A stretch of 64,000 bases of DNA from Phoronis australis. Lineage: Eukaryota > Animalia > Phoronida. Under the pieces are notes generated by a model. That model ran no database searches. It was not told where the DNA came from and was given only the letters and a program-made list of their open reading frames with translations. The stretch's first letter is position 1, and each line of letters opens with the position of its first letter. Shown piece by piece: positions 1 to 15,712 of the stretch. The stretch is taken from assembly GCA_002633005.1 (NCBI GenBank), contig NMRA01000210.1:1-64000 (forward strand), in the 5' to 3' direction. The translations under genes and the position numbers were made by a program.

Positions 1-738
1 ATTTTTTACAAGTTATAAGGTAAATAATATTGTTGGTGGTGCAATCAGAATAATGTTTTATTTCAAAGTTTTCATTTATCTCGTTTAGAAAATCAAATTA
101 GGCCTTTTACTCGGTCTCATGATATACCTTGCTGCGATAGGATTCTATTCTGTCAAGAACACAAGTGACAAGCAATGCGTACATGTGCCATGTTTGAATC
201 AAAAATTTTAAATTCGGCAAAGCCTGAAGCGTTTTCTTGAGTTAGTAACAGAAGTAGAATCCAGTCATGGTAAGGAATATTCCAAGACCGATTTTATGAG
301 CCATAGTAAAAGGACTAATTCAACATTCGGTGGATAGCTAAAAATGACCGCAGTGCAGAAGATAGTAAATAACCACTGTCTCAAATGAGTCAGCCTGCCC
401 TGTTGACATCAGGACATCCATTAGCCAATTGCATCATTGGACCATTGAAGCTGGCATGAGCTGTCAGAGCAAAAAAACTCTGGCAACACCATTTTTTAGC
501 TGATACAGAGTAAATTTTTTAAGTCTATTAATAAAAACAGCAGCCTGTATCAAAACAACCACAACTAAAATAAAATAAAAAATATTTTTGAAAGGAAGTT
601 AAAAAATCATTGTTTAAATGCTTCACATTCCTTTGTTAAATCAATGTGCTGAGGTAAAAAATAAGCTTGACCTGCAAATATCTTGATCATAAAAGAGCAT
701 AGAATTTCCAACATTTAAAAAGTGGGCCTTTACCATCA

Positions 739-5419
<4,681 letters not shown>

Positions 5420-8400
5420 ATGGTAAGGTCATTAAGTTTTAGACTAAAGTGTACTTTCCACTGTGGCGTGTACAGACAGGCTACTTCTGAGTTGTTGTCA
5501 CAGGCGACTGACGAGTGACGGGCGTCCTGACTCCTGTGCACTATTACAAGGTTTGACACTCGAGACTACTTGCTTGATTTCAACCGTCCAACACAAATAT
5601 CAGTAAATTCACACAAAACACATATTCAAGAAACCATGGGTGAACGCATGAAATACATCATAGCCTTGTTGGAAGTCTGCACACATCAATCATCTCAAGA
5701 GAGAATGCAGTCTGAACTACATGCAGAGATGTACGAAGGTCACGATGGTTACATAACAGGGTGTCTGGGAAATGTTATGTATGGGATAGTGTTAGAACAA
5801 AGTGGAAACCTTTTTCACATGGTAACAGTTATGCTTAACTACCTACCATACTTTGACACTGAGCACTCTTTTTAATTTCTAGGCTACTGGCCTCATACTC
5901 GGTGGTCTTGGCTTGGCTGTGTTTGGATTTGCCGGTAAGTACGTACGGAACCACAAATTGTCACTCCCGCAAGCTCGTCTCTTGTGAAAAATACGCAGGC
6001 TGGTGGCTAGGCAATGACCATCGCCTCTGTTGGCCCGGCCAGACAGCCAACAGAGGTGATGGTCATTGCCTAGCTGGTGGCTTGTTGTGTTACAGTACAC
6101 CTGGCATGCTTAGGCCACACAACTGAAGTCCATTACACTGATCACTTGATTACGACATTATTGTGGAACCCATATCAACATTTCCAATGAAGTGGGGAGG
6201 GACAAGTGTACATTTTGTATAATAGTAAAACTAATGAAACTAAAAAGATGAGGGTTAGCTAACCCTTGAGAAAGAGTGAATCACTCGGTACGCGGGATAT
6301 TTGAATATATTTTTAGTACTGATGCTCGTCTTTTTAGTTTCATTAGTTTTATTATTTTATAATTTTATTCGTCGGTAACAGCACGTCATTTCAACATCCA
6401 TTTGATCACATTTTGTACACTGAGTGAAAGCGAGTAAAATTGTGAACTTTCCGTCTAAACTTTTATTTTCACTACAATAGTTGCTTTTACAATCTGCTTC
6501 AGCAAGAAAACTATTTTTCAGGCCGATATGCCGTGAAAAACCTGCCTCAATTTGCCAAGTCAGCTAAGGATGTCCTGGACAAGTCCATTCCTAGTGGGGT
6601 GAGTTGCTCGCATACTTATTAAGTTATGGTATATGTTGATAGAGAAATATGAGATTTCATGTAATAGCATGAGTGCTATAGATAGTAAAATGCCAGAGTG
6701 GGGCTATAATTGGTCGTCCTGTGTTTCTTTTGTTTAATGAGCAGATTACTTAATCTATTTTTGAAGTGCTTGATACACGTTGGTATTCTGAATCGATTCA
6801 GCAGTCCAAATCAATCTTATGCATTTTTAATATTTTGTAAATTGTTGAGGTTACCTCAAACCTTTCTTAGTAACGATAAAATAGGTTTTTCGTCATTTGT
6901 GGTATTGTTGAGCAGGTGGAAATTCACATACTGTGAACTTGTTTTTTGTTGATGACTGGGACGTTTCCACTCTCGTCTAAAGGTCTTTTTCAATGAATGG
7001 ATTATGCGCATTTTGGTGACCCAGATCTAGAATGTAGTCATATACCCAGGGGAGTTGTAGACCTTGGCCTCAGTTCACCAGACAGCCCACCATGAACCAA
7101 TCATTTGTCTGAGTTAGTTTTACTCTCGGAATTTTTTTTAATCCTTTGTCTGAGAAGTTTCATTTGCGAAATCAATGCTGTGTGTCCATAGACTTTTGTA
7201 GAGCTTTGCTGTGCATTTCATCAAGGATGGGGTGATTTCATATTGAAATTGAGTGAGTTCCTATCCATTCACAAGTTTACAAAAGTCTGGACAGTAACAT
7301 TTTTGGTGTTGCTATATGGACCAAAAAGGCCAAAGTGTTTGTCGAAGAAATTTGTTGTGCAGACTCATTACAGGGCTCAATGCTTAAGATAAACGTAAAT
7401 AGCCACACCCCAACGCCCCACACACAGGCTCACATCCTGATGCAGACGATCATGATCAAACTCTTCTGATTTTCAGCAAAAGTTTCATCTTCTGCCTGTT
7501 TACTTCCTGTAATATTTTGAGTGCATGCTTGAATGTAGCGTGGCGATCTGGGATTTTTACCAGGTCGCCAAACGAACTTTGAAGTCTCATTGGCTGGGAC
7601 CTGCAGTCTGCCAAATTGATCCCTGCATTATGAATCCTCATTGAAGTGAATTCTGCTTGTATATTCTTTTCATTTACATTGTTTACAGGCACTGAGTAAG
7701 TATTACCGAGGTGGATTTGAACCAAAAATGTCGAGGAGAGAAGCTGGTCTTGTTTTGGGAGTTAGGTATGTAGCAAATAATACAATGCAAGACGAAGTGG
7801 GTTGCTTATTTCAATGTTATTGTTGTTTCACAAAAGACCTCATGTCTGCGAAGGCCATCAAGGAAACATGCATTTTTGCGCTTCAGTATAAGCGCAAGCT
7901 ATATTTACTGTTTCCTCTGTAGTATTTACTACTGGCGTTTCATTTGGCAACGTTTTTCTCATTTTCGTGAAACCATAAAATGTTCCCAAGTGTGGCAGAA
8001 ATAGTCATCCAAGCTTTGTTCTCATGTGTAAAGACTACTAAAGACTAAGTCTGACTCATGAATCTCGGATCCATGCTTTAACTGCTTCCTTATTTTCACC
8101 CACATTACCAAAGTTAACAAAAATACCATAGGTAATGTTGTGAATTACTGGTCAACTTTACATACTAACATTTGATGTTTAACAATTTTGTTAATTTTGA
8201 CTTTGTAGCCCTTCAGTCAGCAAGGCAAAATTAAAAGAAGCACACAAGAGAATTATGCTTTTGAATCATCCTGACAAAGGTAGGAACAAGAGCAACGTAG
8301 AGTTTTGATTATTTGCTTTGCATAAAGTAGAAATACAAGGGCTTGTCATTCTAGTGTTTGAAAGAGAGGGAATAGTACTAGGTGAACTAAGCAGCCTGTA

Positions 8401-8836
8401 GGGGGCACCATTGTAGTCAATCAAAAGTTTGTGGCTGGCCAAAAATTGTCATTTCGGAACATGTCACTGTACACATTTGTCTGCTAAATTCAGGTTATAG
8501 TCTTTAAATGCTTGGAGGCAATATCCCAGTTGACGTTGGTAGCTGTAATAAGGAACTGATTTTGAAAGACAGCCACAGCTTTTATGGTACGTTTCTCTCA
8601 AAATAGAAAGCAGGTGTCTTGTCCTTTCATGACTATGCTGTAACCTGTGAGCAGACTTGATTCTACCAAAATGAGACACTGTGGATAGGTTCTGGTAAAA
8701 AATAAATTACACATTGTACCGGGAATGTTTTTAAATACTGTATCAACAATCTTGTCTCTGCATTGTAGGTGGCTCCCCCTATCTTGCAGCCAAGATCAAT
8801 GAAGCAAAAGATTACTTGGAAAGTAATAAACAATAA
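5420..8836 (+). CDS. DNAJC19: Mitochondrial import inner membrane translocase subunit TIM14 (Pam18 J-protein)
   Basis: Exons 5420-5422 (ATG only), 5883-5934, 6522-6598, 7689-7765, 8209-8279 and 8769-8836 with consistent phases. Translation: [29 protein letters not shown]...[69 protein letters not shown]. It has an N-terminal transmembrane segment and an HPD J-domain. Confidence 0.95.
6006..6074. repeat. Near-perfect 29-bp hairpin in DNAJC19 intron 2
   Basis: Arm GCTAGGCAATGACCATCGCCTCTGTTGGC, 11-nt loop, arm GCCAACAGAGGTGATGGTCATTGCCTAGC; the single non-Watson-Crick position is G-U on the + strand. Confidence 0.9.
6218..6360. repeat. AT-rich palindromic MITE-like element
   Basis: AAAACTAATGAAACTAAAAAGATGAG is mirrored by CTCGTCTTTTTAGTTTTCATTAGTTTT. 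Confidence 0.6.
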
Positions 8837-10321
8837 ATGGAAGGAGAGAAAATCTTTGTCTGTCCTTGGTGCTGCAACAACGTTATTGACAGTTATGAAA
8901 ATACCATTGGTGTGAACTCTACACAGTTTTAAGTTTATTATCTCCATAGTAACTATGGATAGGTTGGAAACCTGTGATGTTAAAGGCGCGACGGGTGAAT
9001 TTAGTTCATTACACATTCGATCTCAATGTGTTAACAGTATGTTTAAGTCATGGGAATTTTTGCTCCAGAAATCTTCACTCAAGTGTAGATTGGAGGTTTT
9101 TAAGCAATACCTTTTCTTTGCCTATAGTCTGTAAACTTTATCAGCTCCACATGTTTATAGACCTCTCGGAAAGCTCGAAATCTATGTTTAGTTGTCAGAT
9201 TGTATTTATTTATTTTTTCATCTCGCTCAATTGCATACCATTTGAATGTTTATCCATTCCTCCTTCAAACAGTGTCTCTTGTCATCGCTGTAAAAACAAA
9301 AATCATTAACAGTTAGCATTCTTCTTTTGGTTTATGAAATCTAAACGATTGTTTCATGTTTTATTCACGAATGTGCCAGTCGTTGAAATCTGAGATTTAT
9401 TCACTCAGTCGTCAATAGACTTGGTAGGTGCACCCACGTGCCACAAACTTTCACAGATGTTGTGCACTGTCATCACTGGGTCCATTTGATGCAGTACTAT
9501 CTCAGCCAAGCAGTTCGCTCATATGGGGAAGTCAACATAGCAGGTTCTTGCTTTAATCGGGGGACGCTATAACCCAATACTTCAGTGGGAGACTACTAGT
9601 ACTAGTAATGAGTGGGTGGGCCTAAGCAAAGGTGATCAACAATGGTGAATAGTGAACACGCACGGACCATCATGCATTACCTTGCCTGCTGTCTCTTGTG
9701 CTGCACCAATTTAATGTATATCACACGAATTGTAAAGAGTTAATGTATGAAGACTACTCCCTGGTGGCAGCTCACTCGAGTGGGTGTTGATTGTCAGTCA
9801 CAATGGCAAATAGTGTTGTTTGAAAGATTTTGATCGTAATTGGAGTCTTGTAGTATTCCTAAAGCCCTGTAGATCACTGGGTTTGATCTAGATTACTGAA
9901 GGGGACATTTTCACCTTACCTCCTAACATGCATGTTACAAACCAGGTTTCTTAGTATATACACACCAAAGTTTGGCTTGAACCATTCCGAGGCCTGTTTG
10001 TTTTAACAAAAAGAGTTCATTGATCCATTTTGTGATTTCCATGTTTACATCTTATACAGGAAGGGAATGAATGCCTTTTTTAAATGTTTGCATGGAGAAA
10101 ATAGCTGCAAAAACAGTCTTAGAACTCCACTTGATCCTTTTGTGAAGAACTTGGGACCTTGAATTGTAATGTTAAAAATCCCCAAGTTCTTTTCCAAAGT
10201 AACTTCACATTTTAGAGTGGCACTATATGTGAGTTCGTGAACTAAAGTACATGGTCTGTCAACTCTATACGTATGTTCTCAATGCATGAGATCTGTGATC
10301 TTGCACACTAGCTCCACCTGT

Positions 10322-10500
10322 GAGGCAGTGTGGCCTAGTTGATAAGTGCCCGCTTTCTTTATACTCGAGGTCATGGGTTCGAGTCCCACTTGGTCACATT
10401 GCTAAACCCTTGAGCCAGGTTTCTAGCTCCTCAGCTCAGTTTTAACCATATATTAATAAAGCATAAAAATGGTTCCAGGTGATCAGTGCAGTGGGCCCAC
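10322..10500 (+). mobile_element. tRNA-derived SINE, degenerate
   Basis: A-box-like TGGCCTAGTTGATAAG and B-box GGTTCGAGTCCC at tRNA spacing, followed by a non-tRNA body (CCCTTGAGCCAGG...). No intact cloverleaf is evident. Confidence 0.6.
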
Positions 10501-10876
10501 ATCATGATGCGAGGCCTGTACACCTCTGGTACAACCTGCATCAGACCACCTGCAATTATTTTTTTATATTTTATCTCCCTGATGAGTAAGCAGCACGTTT
10601 TGGGCAAGTATACCCACTGAATAGTGTGGTTGCTTGTTGTGTTGATAGAGCTTGAATTATTACACTTCCTGAACTATTTCCAAATATCATTCACTACTCC
10701 AAGAATTTTATTTAATAAAAGAATCCATTGAACGATTTTTCAATGCAAATTAGTTGAGCTCACGGTTTGTGTTGGTGTAACAGTATTTGATAATAAATAA
10801 ATTTATTGAAGCAACATGAAATGTGTTAATCTTTAATATTAAGCATATACGATGTTTTGCTTAAAAAACAAGATTG

Positions 10877-11686
10877 TCACAAGATCTTCTCCATTGACGT
10901 CCTGTATACATAACCGTCTCCTAGTAATCTTGATGGAATAATGGGCGAAAGCCAAGTAATGTACCATTTTTCTCCAAAAACTTCAATGATATTTTCTTTG
11001 AGTCCAAGGTTGTATTGCTTGTACCCTTTCTGCCGTTCATGCTGAGTCTGTCCTAGATATACCTGCACAAGCTGTGTATACATCAAGTATGATATGAGGC
11101 AAAATAACACCACTCCTATTGTCATTATAATTGCTATGTAGAGTTGATGCAGAGAATAATATCCTAAAACAAAGTACACATGAGGCATGGGGATTGAAAG
11201 CACTGTCCAAATGGAATATCCAAATAGGTGCAGTGCATTGTGGTGAAGGTTAAATATGTTCCCATAAAGCGATAGAATCCACATGTAGAATATCATCCAG
11301 AAGTAGTAACGATGGTTGCTGTGTCCAACACAAGTAGCAGCAAACCAGCAATGGTGGTCACGTTTGAGAACACAAACATCGCAAAATTTGCAGTGATGTC
11401 CTCTATCGGGTACTGGTTTTTCACACACAGAACATTGTTGGGTGATGTCCCGCCTTGTAGTTTCCTTTCCACTCCTGTTTGTGATGTCAACAGCATGCAT
11501 GTAGTAGAGATTCGAGTATATATTTATCACTAACCACATGTAGAAAATGATGTGATAATAAAGATATGTTGGACTGTTATGGTAGCTCGGGTAGACAATA
11601 CAGTACTCGTAGAAGGCCATATGGGGTCCACCGTGAATTAGGGCTAATAAGGCAAGCCTGTCTTGAGTGGATCGAGGTATCCACAT
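10877..11686 (-). CDS. DHHC-type palmitoyltransferase (ZDHHC22/24-like), single coding exon
   Basis: 269-aa ORF with a cysteine-rich domain CSVCEKPVPDRGHHCKFCDVCVLKRDHHCWFAATCVGHSNHRYY, hydrophobic segments, a TxxE motif (GQTQHE) and the C-terminal YNLGLKENIIEVFG motif. A splice acceptor lies just upstream of the ATG (~11702), and AATAAA is on the minus strand at 10802-10807. Confidence 0.92.
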   Translation of the reverse strand: MWIPRSTQDRLALLALIHGGPHMAFYEYCIVYPSYHNSPTYLYYHIIFYMWLVINIYSNLYYMHAVDITNRSGKETTRRDITQQCSVCEKPVPDRGHHCKFCDVCVLKRDHHCWFAATCVGHSNHRYYFWMIFYMWILSLYGNIFNLHHNALHLFGYSIWTVLSIPMPHVYFVLGYYSLHQLYIAIIMTIGVVLFCLISYLMYTQLVQVYLGQTQHERQKGYKQYNLGLKENIIEVFGEKWYITWLSPIIPSRLLGDGYVYRTSMEKIL

Positions 11687-12467
11687 GTCTTGGGATCAGT
11701 TCTGAAAAACAAGACAAGAGCTCAATGATGTCTGGTTCAGTAAGCTCAATAGGCACATAAGTTCTTACATATTTCTACTACGAGCTGACACTTTGAACGG
11801 TTCCATGGGAAAATACAAAGAACATACCAACAGGCCTATGATTAAGTGCCAATGTGTCTCACAAACCTGGGGAAAACACACGTTGGCTGGGAATAACTGA
11901 ATGTGCCTCCTTGTCATCCTTTGAGGGAAATAACACACATTAGCTAGGACCTCTTTCTTCATTTGCTGGGACATACACTGGTGAAAGCTCAATCCCAGGA
12001 CTAGAAAAATATATTTCACCTTGGCAAAATTTCCTAGAAAGTTCATTATGACAACACTATTGTCCATTCTGCACTTACTAAATCAATTACTCTAATGCGG
12101 TAATAATCCCATGCTCTATTGAAGAATTAAACTAAATTTTGGTTAAGTAAAATTCGATTAAAACATGGGTCTAAAACATGAAGTGTTCGATCCTGGTTCA
12201 GAGGAAATTTGATTTTTGTTCTTGCAAAAAACTTAACAGTTTGTTATTCCTCAAGACCATACTGGTGAATAAAATGACACCATTAGTAGCCAACAAGTCA
12301 ACTTATTTATACAGCGTGGTCTTGATCAATATTAAGTGAATTGCCGCCTCTCTGTGATTTGCAAGCCCAGAAATCTTACTGAATCCGAAAGTTTTCCGAA
12401 ACCGGCAATCTGAGACCACTTTAATAACGTGGTTTAAATGAACAAAAATTGAGGCAGAAGACAGGTC

Positions 12468-13009
12468 TGTAGTAATAGCCGAGATTACCCGGCCCGGGGA
12501 TCGAACACGCGACCCCCATAAAACCGGCAAGCGTGCTAACCATTCAGCTAATAGGCAATTGCCCGTTAGCGAGTAGCTAACAGAGGCTCATATAATTCAC
12601 CGGAAGCACATCTACAACATTCCCCCCTTTCCTACGGAACGGGCACGCGACAGGAAGGTGAACACCAGGATGTCTCGCATACAGGTCATCAACGTCCCTT
12701 GGTACCTTTACCACCACAACACAGGTGAACACAAGGTCGTCTCTCATACAGGTCCTTGACTCCTGGAACCTTCCACGCGCGCAGTCCCGAGGTCCGTGGG
12801 TACTAGTTGGCAGTGCTTCATCGGTAGATCATCCGTTTGCCGACTACGCCATTTGTAGTAATAGCCGAGATTACCCGACCCGGGGATCGAACCCGTGACC
12901 CCCATAAAACCGGCAAGCGTGCTAACCATTCAGCTAATAGGCAATTGCCCGTTAGTGAGTAGCTAACAGAGGCTCATATAATTCACCGGAACTGAGCACA
13001 TCTACAACA
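12468..13009 (-). mobile_element. Complete TRIM (non-autonomous LTR retrotransposon) with tRNA-derived LTRs, Helenus-like
   Basis: LTRs at 12468-12619 and 12854-13009 (TGT...ACA; they differ by 4 substitutions and one 4-bp indel). Target-site duplication (TSD) GGTC at 12464-12467 and 13010-13013. Primer-binding site (PBS) TGGCGTAGTCGGCA (minus strand, 12851-12838). Polypurine tract (PPT) AGGAAAGGGGGGAA directly before the 3' LTR. Each LTR holds A/B boxes TAGCTGAATGGTTAG ... GTTCGATCCCC. Confidence 0.92.
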
Positions 13010-13199
13010 GGTCATTGCTTCAATGTTGTTTATTTCAGTATGTTGCAATCACAGGCATCTTTAATCGGCCCTCAACTATATATTAATATGATATTGTCGA
13101 GGGCGGATTAAAGGTGCCTGTAGTACTGTGGTTGCAATTGGAATACAGAATTATAGACTAGTGTCCACGTGTATGGCAGACTGACTAGACAAAGCAAAC

Positions 13200-13460
13200 A
13201 ACATGCTTGGCGGTTCGCCAAGTAAGAAATCTGACATAAAAAGGAGTATCTTTCACACATACTTGGCGCTTGCCACGTAATAAACCTGAAATCAAAAGTT
13301 TGTATCTTCGACACATACTGGGCGTTCGCCAAGTAACACGTCTGAAAACAAGTGAAAAGTGAGTATCTTCGAATTTGACACACTTGGCGTTCGTCAAGTA
13401 ATGCATCTGAAAACAAAAGTACGTATCTCCGAAACATACTTGGCGTTCACCAAGTAATAA
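13200..13460. repeat. Degenerate ~60-bp tandem array (5 units), each with a palindromic core
   Basis: Consensus approximately CACATACTTGGCGTTCGCCAAGTAA...CTGAAAACAAAAGT...GTATCTTCGA. The core TACTTGGCG-TT-CGCCAAGTA is self-complementary. Confidence 0.85.
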
Positions 13461-13478
13461 ATCGCTTAACAAAACCAC

Positions 13479-13710
13479 CTTCTACACTTCTTGCTAAGCG
13501 TTCTGTTTCAACATTGTTCATCACTCAACTCAACAGGTTCAGTGTTTCACTTCCGCGTTCGCTCTTCAATAAAGAAGGAAAAATAAAGTTGCTTTCGCTG
13601 ACAGGTGGCGCTTAAGTGTTGAAGTAACAGAAGTTGCGTCAAAATTCCAGTTTTGGGTAAATTAAGGTGCTCTGAGAAGTCAGGAGGATTATCATTGTAT
13701 TCTTTAAGCG
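13479..13710. promoter_or_regulatory. Putative bidirectional promoter and non-coding first exons of the DHHC gene (-) and TMTC4 (+)
   Basis: Candidate donors at 13478 (minus, AG|GTGGTT) and 13711 (plus, CG|GTAACA). Both genes have splice acceptors immediately before their ATG. ETS-type CACTTCCG at 13548-13555 and CAGGTGGCGCT at ~13602-13612. Confidence 0.45.
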
Positions 13711-15712
13711 GTAACATGCAAACATATTGAAGCTACACAAATATTTCTTGGGTTTTACTGTATGCACTAAGCACGTACCTGGTAATAGGCGTGTGCAAAC
13801 TTAATGAAGTTTTGTCACTGTTGAACGCGCGAAAACTAAACAACTTGAAAACTTCCGTGGACATAGACACGTAACCCTTCTGTAAAATAGGTATTCACAC
13901 ACACGCTCCACATGGTTGTTAAACCGTGGAACACTGTCAAAATATTTCAAATTAAAACCGTGCGTGTGGTAGTTGCAAGGTCTGAATTAAGCAACGTACA
14001 CAGTATCAGTCCCTAATCAAAACAACCAGCACAGGGGAGTAGAAGTGGTGACGGGGATAACGCCACTCGACTGGAATGCATGGAAGTATTCAGCCTCCAA
14101 GAAATGGTGGGGGATTTGGTGATGCTTCTGTTTTTTTTTTCAACTGTTTTACTTGATATGTGGTGAAATAATGTTCCAAACATTTTTACAACCCACCAGT
14201 AACTTTTGTACATTCTAGTAATTCCCCCGTCACAACTATACCTGAATCAGTCCCATCATTTCCAGGTTATATTCTTGCATAATCTTAAGCTCATACCTGT
14301 CAGAAAGATGTAAGAACGAGAGTATGAAGATTAACAGTGCCTTTCCAAGGCTCTTTATTGAGACATCTGTTATAAAGGATGTATGCCTTGCAATTTTCGC
14401 AAATGCAACTTCTATAATTATGCAGATGGCAACATAATTATATAATATACATACCACAGTATGGATAATGCTAGGAGTGTTTTAAATAGCCCGACCATTA
14501 AGGCAAATCACATGTCTGCAAACATGGATAAATTTTTACGGAATGTTATTAGGCCGGGTTGTATAGCTTGTAATAATCTCTCATTGAGGCCAAGAATTTT
14601 GTTTATATTGGTGATGACATCATTAATTATTCTTCTCTGGTAGTTATTAATTTATTATGAGCGTCAGACTGTATCAAAGACTTGTATTGTCTTGGTTCTG
14701 AATATTTTTTGTGAAGTCACTTGCACTTTATGATAGTAAAACATTTTATGTTTGTGTTGTTGTGCACTATACTTCCAGTGAGTCCACACTAATGCCTTAG
14801 AGGATAAACATAGATTTGCATTTACATCAAAATTCTTTGTGTTACCTGTTTTGTTTGTAATACTCAAAAAAGATGTGCGAAATTTTCTTTGATCACTACC
14901 AAATTCACCTCGTAACATTTTTGTTTTGATTATTTTTTACTTCTTAACTTCATGGTTTATCCAGGTCTCTTTCTGAACTTATTCAGAGAGAAACTGTAGT
15001 AAGATCAAAATTCTTTCAGCGATTTAGATATCAACCAGCTTTTAAAACTGGTGCAAGCGTAACTTCCCAAGAATAACACTTGATGCCTATGAGACAAGTT
15101 CTTACGCGTTCAAAATTTTTCCAATATGTGATGCATTAGGAAAGACTTGAAAATTAATGGATGAGAAGGAGTACACTGACTGTAGCTATGTGACTCTCAT
15201 TGGGCTTGTTCCAAATCATGTCAATTTTGGATTACTTTCGCAGATAATTTACAAAATGCTGGAAAAACTTTGAAGAAATTAATAAACTTTCAAATTGGTA
15301 GTCAACAAACCTAAGAGGATATGAGAAAAATATGAAGTTAAATTATAAAATGCATATACCTGGTATTCCATCAGTGAGAATTCTGTTACAAACACTGTTT
15401 TGGCTGAAAATGTGATACAACTGTAAAGGCATATTTTATTGGTATGTGTCGTGTGTAATTGGTTGTATTATACAAAGATGATTTACGCTTTGTGTAATTA
15501 TTAAACTTGCTTTAGTTGGTACTTGGTACACATTGAAAATGCATGCCTTTTACTATATTCTTCGTGTGCTGTTATTTAAATCAAACAGTTCAAGTTCTGA
15601 GGAGGTCCACCTCTGCATCTGACTGGGATTGTAAAGTAATTTGTGAAGTTAATTATGTATTTTAATTAAAAATTCACTATCCATTATGTTGCAGAGCAAT
15701 ACTGAAGATGAA

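Noticed and set aside
10322-10396. Functional tRNA gene (also 28811-28880)
   Set aside because: A and B boxes are present but there is no intact cloverleaf or terminator; both fit SINE heads.
12500-12950. Two genuine tRNA genes
   Set aside because: The acceptor and anticodon stems pair poorly, and both copies sit inside TG...CA LTRs with a PBS, PPT and TSD.
13200-13460. CRISPR-like array (palindromic repeats at regular spacing)
   Set aside because: The 'spacers' are homologous to each other, the repeats are degenerate, no cas genes are present and the context is eukaryotic. It is a tandem repeat.
14013-15270. Cluster of short ORFs as a possible pseudogene between the DHHC gene and TMTC4
   Set aside because: No recognisable motif in the frames I translated, and many stops.
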